Assembly: GCA_036012755.1 (NCBI GenBank)
Contig: DASCPX010000053.1
Coordinates: forward strand, 1-52,910
DNA from: Myxococcota bacterium
GTDB lineage: Bacteria > Myxococcota_A > UBA796 > CAJQPC01
Length of the DNA stretch: 52,910 bases
Direction: 5' to 3'
The notes beneath the pieces are model-generated. The model ran no database searches and was not told where the DNA came from. It saw nothing but the letters and a program-made list of their open reading frames with translations. Positions 37,460-46,042 of the stretch are shown piece after piece. Position numbers and translations under genes: made by a program. Positions within the stretch are counted from its first letter, which is position 1; each line of letters opens with the position of its first letter.

Positions 37460-38185
37460 TCAGCGCAGGTTGAAGCGTAGCTGCCGGGAGGAGCCGTCCT
37501 TGCGCGTGAGGTTCACCTTCAGGGTGTCCTTGCGCTTGACCTTGCGGTAGGCGCGCATCGCGTCAGGGATGCTCTGGATCTCGCGACCGTTGACGCTGTG
37601 CACGACGTCACCGTTGCGGAAGCCAGCCTCGTGCAGGGGGCTCCCGCAGCGGATGCGGCGCACGGAGAAGCCATCGATCTCGCCCGCGGCGTCGTTGTGC
37701 CAGGCGGTCCAGGCCAGCCGCGCTGCGGCGTCGAGGTCGTCGACGTAGGTGTCGATGAGGGCCTTGTCCACGTCGTAGGTGTTCGTCTTGGTCTCTTCGA
37801 TCAGGCCGCTGGGCTCCACGCACGCGCGCCCCTTCTTCTTCTTCTCGGTGGTGGTCCCGCCCTTGTACATCTGGCCCCGCGGGGACATCGTCACCATCGT
37901 GCCGCCCTCGGCGGTGGCGAACTCCGGCGCCGAAGCGCGCTGCGACGAGGGCCCGCTGCCTTCGATGGGCTGCTGCTCCTCGGGCTGCTCGGCGAGGGTC
38001 TTCTTCTCCCTGCCGTCCGGACTGCCATCGGGCACGAAGGCCAGGAAGGAGGCCTGACGATCGGAGGGCATCTCGATGTCGACACCGCTGTCACCCTGGG
38101 CTGTCGTGGCCAACAGCCCGATCATCACGGCGAAGGCGCCAGCGGCGAAGCCCCCGCAGACCAGCTTCTCGAGGTGGTGTCGCAT
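37460..38185 (-). CDS. GspC-like membrane-anchored PDZ protein (paralog of 2995..3879)
   Basis: TM; ACVEP; GFSVRRIRCGSPLHEAGFRNGDVVHSVNG. Confidence 0.75.
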   Translation of the reverse strand: MRHHLEKLVCGGFAAGAFAVMIGLLATTAQGDSGVDIEMPSDRQASFLAFVPDGSPDGREKKTLAEQPEEQQPIEGSGPSSQRASAPEFATAEGGTMVTMSPRGQMYKGGTTTEKKKKGRACVEPSGLIEETKTNTYDVDKALIDTYVDDLDAAARLAWTAWHNDAAGEIDGFSVRRIRCGSPLHEAGFRNGDVVHSVNGREIQSIPDAMRAYRKVKRKDTLKVNLTRKDGSSRQLRFNLR

Positions 38186-38230
38186 GGCTGCTTCGACGAC
38201 GTGGCCTGCGGGTCATTCACTCCAGGCGCC

Positions 38231-39856
38231 TCACATCAGCTTCCGCACGTGGTGGAAGACACCCCACGGCTCGGCCGCCGCCGCCGCGAGCACACCGCCC
38301 ATCATCGCGCCCATGACGCCGACGGTGGTGACCTCTGAGCCCGAGAAGTAGAGGTCACCGATCGGACAGCGGGGCTTCAACCGGTCGTTGGCGAAGCGCT
38401 CCGGCGTCGGCTCGATGCCGTAGATGCTGCCGGACATCGGGCGGCAGAAGTACTCGGTCGACAGCGGCGTGGAGAGCTCGACGTAGTCGATGTACCCGCG
38501 CAACTGAGGCATATCGCTCAAGAAATCCTCGAGCAGAGCGTCCTGCAGGCGCTGCTTGAAGGCCAGGTAGTCGTCCCCACGCTTTCGCCAGGCAGTGCCC
38601 GACCAGCGCTCGAAGGCCTCCCAGGGCACGAAGGTGACGACCTCGCCCGTGTGTCGGAGCTCCGGACCGGGGTCATGCTCCGGGTCCTTCAGCGAGGGGA
38701 ACGAGCAGTAGAGGCAGAGGGCTCGCTCGAACTCCTCCTGCTCCGGCGCGACCATCCAGGCGTCATCATCAGAGGACCAGACCCTGTAGAACCACTTGTT
38801 GGCGGCGCTCGCCCCCGCCTTGGTGATGTCGCCCTTGAAGCCGATGTAGAGGCAGAGATGGGCAGAGGCCGGCGCGACGCCTTCCAGGGCCTCCGTCACC
38901 CAGTCCTGCCCTCGGATCTGCTCCGGCAGCAGGCGACGAAGCGTGGCCACGATCCCAGCGGCGGAGACGACCTTCTCGGCGCGGATCTCCTCGCCGTCAG
39001 CCAAGCGCACACCGACAGCCCGGTCGTCCTCGACGAGGATCTGATCGACGCTTGCGACGACACGCGTCCAGCCTCCAGCGTCCGCCACGGTGTGGAGCAG
39101 TCCCCGTGCGATCTCGGCCGAGCCACCGACCGGGTAGTACCCGCCCCACAGGAAGTGGCGGACCACCAGGGCCTGGATCGCGAAGCTGGAGCGGTGTGGC
39201 AGGCTGCCGTAGTAGCCCCACTGGGCAGCGAACACCGCCTTGAGCTGCGGGTCGTCCGTGAGCTCGTCGATGACCTCTTGCGTGCTCCTCTCGAACCACT
39301 CGCGGGCCTTTCGGGCGAACAGCCACTCTGCCGGCGTCGAGGCCATCTCCGGCACGATGCGGGCGAGGTAGTAGCCCTTCATGTGGCCGCCGACCTCGCG
39401 CACATGGCGGAGGTAGGTGTCGATGGCCTCGACCTCGTTCGGGAAGGCGGCGATGAGGTTGTCGCGGAACTTCTCCGGCGTGTCGGGGAAGTCGATCCGG
39501 AAGCCCCCTGGCCAGTAGAACTCGTCGTAGACCTCGCCCAGCGGGGCCCACTCGAGCTCGCCCCTGGTCAGGTCCTTCAGGAGCCGGCCGGAGAGCGAGT
39601 GCGTCGTGACCTCGCCGACGGCGTGCACGCCGACATCCCAGGTGTAGCCCTTGCGCGAGAAGACGTGGGTGAAGCCCCCTGGGACGTAGTGCTGCTCGAG
39701 CACCAGGACCTTCTGCCCCAGGCGGGCCATCAGCGCGGCCGTCGTCATTCCGCCGATGCCAGAGCCGATGACGACGGCATCCCATCGGGTGTCCTGCAGC
39801 TCGGCGGGGAGACGCTTGGACCAGTAGCGGGGCGGCCTGGGGTTTCGAGTCTTCAC
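38231..39856 (-). CDS. FAD-dependent oxidoreductase, phytoene desaturase/retinol saturase-like
   Basis: VIGSGIGG, LEQHYVPGGFTH.F.RKGY.WDVGVH, GGYYPVGG, ELSTPLST, GVMGAMMGG. Confidence 0.9.
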   Translation of the reverse strand: MKTRNPRPPRYWSKRLPAELQDTRWDAVVIGSGIGGMTTAALMARLGQKVLVLEQHYVPGGFTHVFSRKGYTWDVGVHAVGEVTTHSLSGRLLKDLTRGELEWAPLGEVYDEFYWPGGFRIDFPDTPEKFRDNLIAAFPNEVEAIDTYLRHVREVGGHMKGYYLARIVPEMASTPAEWLFARKAREWFERSTQEVIDELTDDPQLKAVFAAQWGYYGSLPHRSSFAIQALVVRHFLWGGYYPVGGSAEIARGLLHTVADAGGWTRVVASVDQILVEDDRAVGVRLADGEEIRAEKVVSAAGIVATLRRLLPEQIRGQDWVTEALEGVAPASAHLCLYIGFKGDITKAGASAANKWFYRVWSSDDDAWMVAPEQEEFERALCLYCSFPSLKDPEHDPGPELRHTGEVVTFVPWEAFERWSGTAWRKRGDDYLAFKQRLQDALLEDFLSDMPQLRGYIDYVELSTPLSTEYFCRPMSGSIYGIEPTPERFANDRLKPRCPIGDLYFSGSEVTTVGVMGAMMGGVLAAAAAEPWGVFHHVRKLM

Positions 39857-39965
39857 GAGCGTGAAATAGCCCACCAGCCTTCCCCGTAGAGGTCGCCATT
39901 GCGTGAAGATCCCGGGTCCCTGCAGTGGCCGCGAAAGCGGATAGGGACGCCAGGGAGAACGACAC

Positions 39966-40511
39966 ATGGCACGCCAGATCGCGGTGACCCTCGATGGGGT
40001 CACGACCTGCTTCGACTTCAAGAAGGTAGACCGGAGCAAGCTCTACGGTCGCCGCGTCCGCGTGCCGCTCGACGGTGACGGCGAGCCCTGCACCCGGGCC
40101 TCGCTGACGGCGGACGGCTCGACGCTGATCCGCGTGGGCATGACAGCCCAGGGCTACTTCGACGAAGACGGAACCTGGGTGGCCGTCTGCCCGATGAACG
40201 GTGTGTCGATCCTCCACCCTGTGTTCTCCCGCCGCCGCGAGGACAAGGCCATCGACAGGATGGACGTTCGGGCCTCTCAGGTGCTCGAGCGCTGCCTGCT
40301 CGCGGTGCGCAAGCTCCTGATCTGGAAGACGAACAAGGAGCAGGCGGACCCCAGCTACCCGGCCTTCGTCGTGCACTGGACCGACTACAGCCCCGGCCGC
40401 AAGGCCCCACTCAAGCGCGAGGTCCGCCTGGCCCCGACCCTGGCGCAGGCAAACGACCTCGCGGAAGTCATGATCGTCAAGGGAGTGAAGCGTGGCTGGA
40501 ATGCTGTCTGA
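39966..40511 (+). CDS. Hypothetical, apparently chimeric (Ku-like N-part + DNA-ligase-associated C-part)
   Basis: GGGAG SD; KKVDRSKLYG...QGYFDEDGTWV joined to HPVFSRRREDK..DVRASQ and VRKLLIWKTNK..FVVHWTDYSPGRK.PL.RE..VKRGW. Confidence 0.5.
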   Translation: MARQIAVTLDGVTTCFDFKKVDRSKLYGRRVRVPLDGDGEPCTRASLTADGSTLIRVGMTAQGYFDEDGTWVAVCPMNGVSILHPVFSRRREDKAIDRMDVRASQVLERCLLAVRKLLIWKTNKEQADPSYPAFVVHWTDYSPGRKAPLKREVRLAPTLAQANDLAEVMIVKGVKRGWNAV

Positions 40512-42348
40512 CAACGACCGGGTCGACCAGCTCGTCGAGCTGCTCACCCGCTACAACGAGAGCTACCGGGCAGGAACGCCGGAGGTCACGGACCTCGAGT
40601 ACGACGAGCTGACCGAGGAGCTCCGCGGTCTCAGCCCGCAGCACCCCTTCCTCCACGCGGTGGAGCCCGAGGCGGGCTTCGGAGAGGGCAGGGTCCGTCA
40701 CGCCGAGCCGATGCTGTCGACGGAGAAGGCCTACACCATCGAGGCCCTACAGGCCTGGGTGGACCGGGTGCACAAGGCCGCCGCGGAGATCGGACTGGAG
40801 GCCGTCGCCGTCCGGGTCACGCCGAAGCTCGACGGGCTCGCCGGACGTGACCTTGGAGGAGTCTTCGCCACGCGCGGGAACGGGCGGGTAGGCAACGACA
40901 TCACCTACGCCTTCGAGCGCGGGATCGTGCCCGTCGGTGGTCGCGGCCAGGGTGTCGGCGAGATCGTGATGGTCAAGTCCTGGTTCGAGGCCAACCTCGC
41001 GACCGTGTTCGATCATCCGCGCAACACCTGCGTCGGGATCGTCTCCGCGGATGTCGTCGGCCAGCACGCACAGAGAGCCCTCGACGCTGGCGTCGTCCAC
41101 TTCGTCCCTTACAGCACCCTCGCGAAGTGGACCGGCGACGCCAGCGAGCTCGTGGAGCAGGCAGCTGCGATCACGGCGTCGCTGAAGGGCCAGGTCGACT
41201 ACGCCTTGGATGGAATGGTCGCCGAGGCGCTGGACGACGCGCTCAGAAAGCACATGGGGGCGACCAGCCACCACCACCGCTGGATGATCGCCCTGAAGGA
41301 GCGTGGCGAGACCGCTGAGACGACCGTCGTCGACATCGCCTGGCAGACCGGCCGCACCGGAAACGTGACGCCGGTGATGCTCGTCGAGGCGGTAAAGGTC
41401 AGCGGCGCGACCATTCGCCGAGTCACCGCCCACAACGCCGGCATGGTGCGTGATCTGGACATCGGTCCGGGGGCGCGAATCCAGATCATCCGCTCCGGAG
41501 AGGTCATCCCCAAGCTCGAGGAGGTGTTGCAACCGGCGAAGAGCGTTCAGCTTCCCGGCGAATGCCTCTCCTGCGGCGCAGAGCTCCAGTGGCTCAAGGA
41601 CTTTCTGAACTGCGGCAACCACAGCAGCTGTCCAGCCCAGGTCGAGACCGGCATCCGCCACTGGTTCCGCACGCTGCGGACGGCTGACCACTTCGGTCCC
41701 GCCACGATCAAGCGTCTCGTCGCCGGCGGCTTCGTGTCGCTGGAGGCGATCTACGCCCTGACAGAGGCGGATCTGCTCGGGCTCGAGTTCGGCCCCGGAC
41801 AGACCGCGAACCTCGTCGCCGCCCTGGGTGTGTCCCAGCGCCAGATGGTGGAAGACGCCCGCTTCCTCGCCGCCTTCGGGATCCCCGACCTCGGCGTCGG
41901 CGACTCGCGCAAGCTGCTCGCGGCCTTCCCGCTGGAGAGCCTCGAGGGGTTGACGGCGGATCAGCTCGTCGAGGTGAAGGGCTTCGGCGACAAGACCTCT
42001 GTGAGCATCGTGTCCGGGCTCCAGGCGCGCTGGCCGACGATCCGCCACATGCTCGAGCTCGGCTTCAGCCTGGAGCGCACGCCACTGGCCACAGACGCCG
42101 TGAAGGTCGAGTCCCCCATCGCCGGGCTCTCCGTGCTGTTCACCGGCAAGATGGTGCTCGGGACGAGGGATGACATGAAGAAAAGGGCCAGGGGACTGGG
42201 CGCAAAGCTGGCGTCCTCGATCTCGAAGAAGCTGGACCTGCTCGTCATCGGAGACAAACCCAGCCCAGCCAAGATCAAGAAGGCCGAGGCAGCAGGTGTG
42301 CGAGTCCTGACGGAAGCCGACTACAACGCCCTCATCGGGCCGGGCTAA
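40492..42348 (+). CDS. NAD-dependent DNA ligase, compact atypical LigA-like
   Basis: Domain Ia (Y..G.P..TDLEYD), HAEPMLS, KLDG, TRGNG, WQTGRTG.VTPV, RSGEVIPK, C4 Zn finger, HhH repeats, BRCT (VLFTGKM). Confidence 0.88.
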   Translation: MAGMLSDNDRVDQLVELLTRYNESYRAGTPEVTDLEYDELTEELRGLSPQHPFLHAVEPEAGFGEGRVRHAEPMLSTEKAYTIEALQAWVDRVHKAAAEIGLEAVAVRVTPKLDGLAGRDLGGVFATRGNGRVGNDITYAFERGIVPVGGRGQGVGEIVMVKSWFEANLATVFDHPRNTCVGIVSADVVGQHAQRALDAGVVHFVPYSTLAKWTGDASELVEQAAAITASLKGQVDYALDGMVAEALDDALRKHMGATSHHHRWMIALKERGETAETTVVDIAWQTGRTGNVTPVMLVEAVKVSGATIRRVTAHNAGMVRDLDIGPGARIQIIRSGEVIPKLEEVLQPAKSVQLPGECLSCGAELQWLKDFLNCGNHSSCPAQVETGIRHWFRTLRTADHFGPATIKRLVAGGFVSLEAIYALTEADLLGLEFGPGQTANLVAALGVSQRQMVEDARFLAAFGIPDLGVGDSRKLLAAFPLESLEGLTADQLVEVKGFGDKTSVSIVSGLQARWPTIRHMLELGFSLERTPLATDAVKVESPIAGLSVLFTGKMVLGTRDDMKKRARGLGAKLASSISKKLDLLVIGDKPSPAKIKKAEAAGVRVLTEADYNALIGPG

Positions 42349-43256
42349 CCCTCCTGTTCGATGTCCCTGTTGCCGTAGTCGATGTACTTCACGAAGATGT
42401 AGGTGCCCGGCTGCGGCACGGCCCCCCCGTGGAAGACGATCGCGTTGAGCGCCGCCTCGTATGTCCAGCCGTCGTCCTCGTCCATCTCGACGCTGAGCCC
42501 CTCGACGCGAACCTGGAGGGACTCCGGTGCCGGGATCGCCTGGAGCGGGAAGGTGTCCGACATGCCAGCCGCGCCGAGCCCGATGCCGCGCATGACCGGC
42601 TCGAAGTCCGCTGCGCAGATCGAGCGGAACTGGCCCTCGGAGCGCTCGACCGTCTCCAGCAGGCGCTCGGCGGCCACTGCGTTGGCGAGGGCGCTGCTGC
42701 AGCCCTCTGGCAGGCCGCCCGCGACAACGTAGAGGCCGAAGTCGTGGCCGAGGGACTCCAGATCGTCGAGGTAGTCGGTGACCGGCCCCTCGCTGTGGTC
42801 GTCCTCGTCGGTCACCACGACGACCGCGAGGTAGCTGACCTCGCGCACCAGATCGGCGTTGTCCGTCGAGGCCCAGGGCTCGGATGTCGCGAGGGAAGCG
42901 GCGTACAGGGGCTGCTCGTCCCGTGAACCCTGGACGCCCACGAGGACCTGCTCGGCGAAGTCGTCCACCAAATCAGCGTCACCAGCCTTCAGGACCGGTC
43001 CGCGCAAGGCGCCGGCGTCGGCGTCGACGTCCGTGGTGGTGACGCCGACCTGGAAGTCGACGCCGGCCTCGTCCAGCGCCTGCACGAAGGCATCGGCGTG
43101 ATCCGCCAGCTGATCCTGCTCCTCGAACATCGTCGCAGAGTCGTCGACGACCCAGAGCACGTCGATGGGAGAGCGGGCGTCGCCTTGGGTCCACGAGTCT
43201 GTGGCGTAGAGCTGATGGACACCCTGGTCCATGCAAGCGGAAAGGAGGAGCAGCAT
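42345..43256 (-). CDS. vWA-like lipoprotein (myxobacterial CglD-like family)
   Basis: MLLLLSA-C; DVLWVVDDSATMFEEQ, GVTTTD, VVVVTDEDD, SICA.DF, GWTY...NAIVF. Confidence 0.7.
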   Translation of the reverse strand: MLLLLSACMDQGVHQLYATDSWTQGDARSPIDVLWVVDDSATMFEEQDQLADHADAFVQALDEAGVDFQVGVTTTDVDADAGALRGPVLKAGDADLVDDFAEQVLVGVQGSRDEQPLYAASLATSEPWASTDNADLVREVSYLAVVVVTDEDDHSEGPVTDYLDDLESLGHDFGLYVVAGGLPEGCSSALANAVAAERLLETVERSEGQFRSICAADFEPVMRGIGLGAAGMSDTFPLQAIPAPESLQVRVEGLSVEMDEDDGWTYEAALNAIVFHGGAVPQPGTYIFVKYIDYGNRDIEQEG

Positions 43257-43287
43257 GACGCGTCATCCTTCTCTATCATCGGGCCCC

Positions 43288-44946
43288 ATGCAAGCGCTCC
43301 TGCTCCTTGCCTGCAACGGCGGGCCCCAGTCGAACCCCTACGGCGCCATCGTGGCGCTCTCGGTGGAGCCCGCCTCCGTCGAGCTGACCACGACATCGAC
43401 GGAGCAGGAGACCGTCGACTATGTCGCCATCGCAGAGTTCGAGAGCGGACACGTCGAGGAGCTCAGCGGCGTGGTGGGCTGGAGCCTCTCCAACGAGTCC
43501 GTCGGGATCATCCTCCAGGACGGCCACTTCACCACGAGCGCAGAGGCCGGGGGCCGCACCCTGGTCCAGGCGAACGCCGGCGGCATCCTGGCCACGGCAG
43601 ACGTGATCGTGGTCTTCACCGAATCGGTCATCGACGGCGGCGCCTCCGAGGTCGACCTCGACGAGGACGCCCCGGTGGACGGAGCCCTGAGGTGGCTCTA
43701 CCCAGAGGACGGCGCTGCCCTCCCGCTCAACGTGCCGTCGATGACCTTCATGTGGGACGACGCCTGGGGGGCCGACCTGTACCGCTTGCGCTTCCGCTCC
43801 GCGACGACCGAGGTCGAGGTCTGGACCACCTCGAACGAGTACGAGGTCGTCCAGGACATCTGGCGCGTCATCACCGCGACCAACGCCGGAGGCGAGGTCG
43901 AGGTCCGTCTCGACGCCGTGAAGCTCGTGGACGGCGAGGTCGCGGACCAGGTCACCGCAGAGGACATGAGCTTCCTGGTCAATCGCTTCGACGCCTTCGG
44001 GGCGATCACCTACTTCGCCACGAACAAACAGGGCATCATTCGCTCCCCGGTGGACCAGGTCGCTCCTGTGGAGTGGTTCTCGCGCGAGACAGAGAACACC
44101 AACAGCTACTGTGTCGGATGCCACGTCGTCTCGCCCGACGGAGAGCGGCTCGGGTACAGCTGGCAGGTGAACACCGACGCTGACGAGCAGGTCGGGCTCG
44201 CGAGCATCACAGAGGACATCGAGCCCGAGCCGCTGATCCCCATGGACTCGAGCGCCGACTACGGGAGCTTCGCCACCTTCTCGTCAGACGGCGACTACAT
44301 CGTCTTTTCCGAGGACAACGAGCTCCACTTCTATGACGGACGCACGGGCGACTACGCATCCACGCTGGACTCCGATCTGTACCTGACCATGCCCCACTGG
44401 TCCGCGGACGACTCGATGCTCGTCGCCGTCTCGGGCATGGGGAACAACGACAACACCCGCTTCGCGCGCTCGGCCCTCGTGATCTTCGACCACCTGGGCG
44501 ACGGGGTGTTCGGACCGCCTCGGACGCTCCTGCCCGAGGCCACCGACTACAACTACTACTACCCGATGTTCAGCCCGGACTCGCAGTGGGTGGCCTACAA
44601 CCGCTCGTCGACCGGGAGGACCGCCTTCACAGAGGACGCTGCCCTGTGGCTGGTGGCCGCGGACGGCACAGGCGAGGAGATCGAGCTCGTCACGGCGAAT
44701 CGCTCCGACGTCGGGAACGCCTCGTGGCCGCGCTGGGGCCCGATCCCCGACGACGACATCCTCTGGCTGGCGTTCGCGTCGAACCGTCCATACGGGCACT
44801 ACCAGCCCGAAGACTCCCAGATCTGGATCACCGGCATCGACACGACGGTCGCCGAGACCGGAGAAGACCCGAGCCTGCCCGCCTACCGACTGCCTCAGCA
44901 GTCCCTGGAGACATCGAACCACGCACCCTTCTGGTCGATGTACTGA
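43288..44946 (+). CDS. Ig-like + TolB/PD40 beta-propeller lipoprotein with CxxCH
   Basis: MQALLLLA-C; LYPEDG; CVGCHVVSPDG; PHWS, YYPMFSPDSQWVAYN, SWPRW, WLAFASNR. Confidence 0.8.
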   Translation: MQALLLLACNGGPQSNPYGAIVALSVEPASVELTTTSTEQETVDYVAIAEFESGHVEELSGVVGWSLSNESVGIILQDGHFTTSAEAGGRTLVQANAGGILATADVIVVFTESVIDGGASEVDLDEDAPVDGALRWLYPEDGAALPLNVPSMTFMWDDAWGADLYRLRFRSATTEVEVWTTSNEYEVVQDIWRVITATNAGGEVEVRLDAVKLVDGEVADQVTAEDMSFLVNRFDAFGAITYFATNKQGIIRSPVDQVAPVEWFSRETENTNSYCVGCHVVSPDGERLGYSWQVNTDADEQVGLASITEDIEPEPLIPMDSSADYGSFATFSSDGDYIVFSEDNELHFYDGRTGDYASTLDSDLYLTMPHWSADDSMLVAVSGMGNNDNTRFARSALVIFDHLGDGVFGPPRTLLPEATDYNYYYPMFSPDSQWVAYNRSSTGRTAFTEDAALWLVAADGTGEEIELVTANRSDVGNASWPRWGPIPDDDILWLAFASNRPYGHYQPEDSQIWITGIDTTVAETGEDPSLPAYRLPQQSLETSNHAPFWSMY

Positions 44947-45081
44947 CGGCTCGGAGGGGCATAGTCCCGGACGACGGTGTCTCGAAGCGTGACGCTGTCG
45001 AGATAGGAGCCATGTTGGAGGAGGAAGTCGGACATCGGGTTCTCCGAATGCAATTGGATGTCTACGAGGCTTGCAGTGTGG

Positions 45082-45972
45082 CTATTGCAAGAGCCCTTCG
45101 GCCGTGAGGACGGCCTCGATTCCCTCCGCGATGACCTCGTGCCCCTGCTCCGAGGGATGCACCACATCGAGGAGGAGCCCGTCGGCGGACTGACCGCTGG
45201 CCTGGGCGATGGCTGGGAGGTCGATCAGCGGCACCTCGCTGGACTCGGCGACCCGTCGCATGGCCTCGCGGTAGGGAAGCAGGTGGGCCACGCGCGGATC
45301 GTGCCAGCTCGTCGGGCCGCCGAGATCGCCCTCCTCGAGGGGCACGACGACGACCGCCGCAGGCACCGAGTCGACGAGTTCCGCCAGGCAGACCTCGAAG
45401 TCCCCAGGAGAGACCCTGACCCGGCCGAGACTTCGCTTCGTCGCGACCACCAGCAGCAGCCGCCCGATCCCCGTGGTCCTGATCCGCTCCAGCCCAGCCG
45501 GCAAGGCGACCTGGTCCTTGCCCTCGATGATGAAGGAGTCCGAGATCCCCGGGTACAGCACCGCGACGTCCACATCGACCGGGACCCGCCCCAGCGCCCC
45601 AAGGACCTGCGGGCAGGTGTAGCCCGGCACGCCTGCGTTCAGGACCTGCACCTCCTCGCCAAGGAGCACCCCCAGGCGCGCGCTGAAGTGCTCGTCGTCC
45701 TCGACGCCGTGGCCGAAGACCGACGAATCCCCAAGCGATATCACGGTCTTGACGCCGCCACGTGGGGCCGGGCTCCGCATCCGCCAGGCATTGGTCTGGA
45801 CGCTCTGGCCTCCAAAGTCGAAGCGAGCCGCCGCTGGCAGGACCCATCCGAGCTCCGGGTCGTCGTCGAAGGTGTGCGCAGGACGCGGCGTCTCGAGCAT
45901 CAACCGCCCGAGCCCTTCCACGAGAGCGAGGAACAGGCCGAGGACGACGACCGCGAAGATGGAACGCTTCAC
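45082..45972 (-). CDS. SGNH/GDSL hydrolase
   Basis: TM; DPELGW, TNAWRMR, LGDSSVFG, NAGVPGY, DVVHPSEQGH. Confidence 0.87.
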   Translation of the reverse strand: MKRSIFAVVVLGLFLALVEGLGRLMLETPRPAHTFDDDPELGWVLPAAARFDFGGQSVQTNAWRMRSPAPRGGVKTVISLGDSSVFGHGVEDDEHFSARLGVLLGEEVQVLNAGVPGYTCPQVLGALGRVPVDVDVAVLYPGISDSFIIEGKDQVALPAGLERIRTTGIGRLLLVVATKRSLGRVRVSPGDFEVCLAELVDSVPAAVVVVPLEEGDLGGPTSWHDPRVAHLLPYREAMRRVAESSEVPLIDLPAIAQASGQSADGLLLDVVHPSEQGHEVIAEGIEAVLTAEGLLQ

Positions 45973-46042
45973 GTTCGATGCCTATCGAAGCTGTGCGCGC
46001 CCTGCACACCAATGCCACAATCGCGCGCAATAGGAGGCTCCC

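Noticed and set aside
39885..39955. c-di-GMP-I, lysine riboswitch or HDV-like ribozyme
   Set aside because: Lacks GGCAAAC/GCAAAGC, is too short for a lysine riboswitch, and has no P3/L3 or catalytic C. Kept only as an unassigned structure.
46002..46018. Sigma54-like TGGCATT...TGCA on the minus strand
   Set aside because: GG-N9-GC spacing is wrong.
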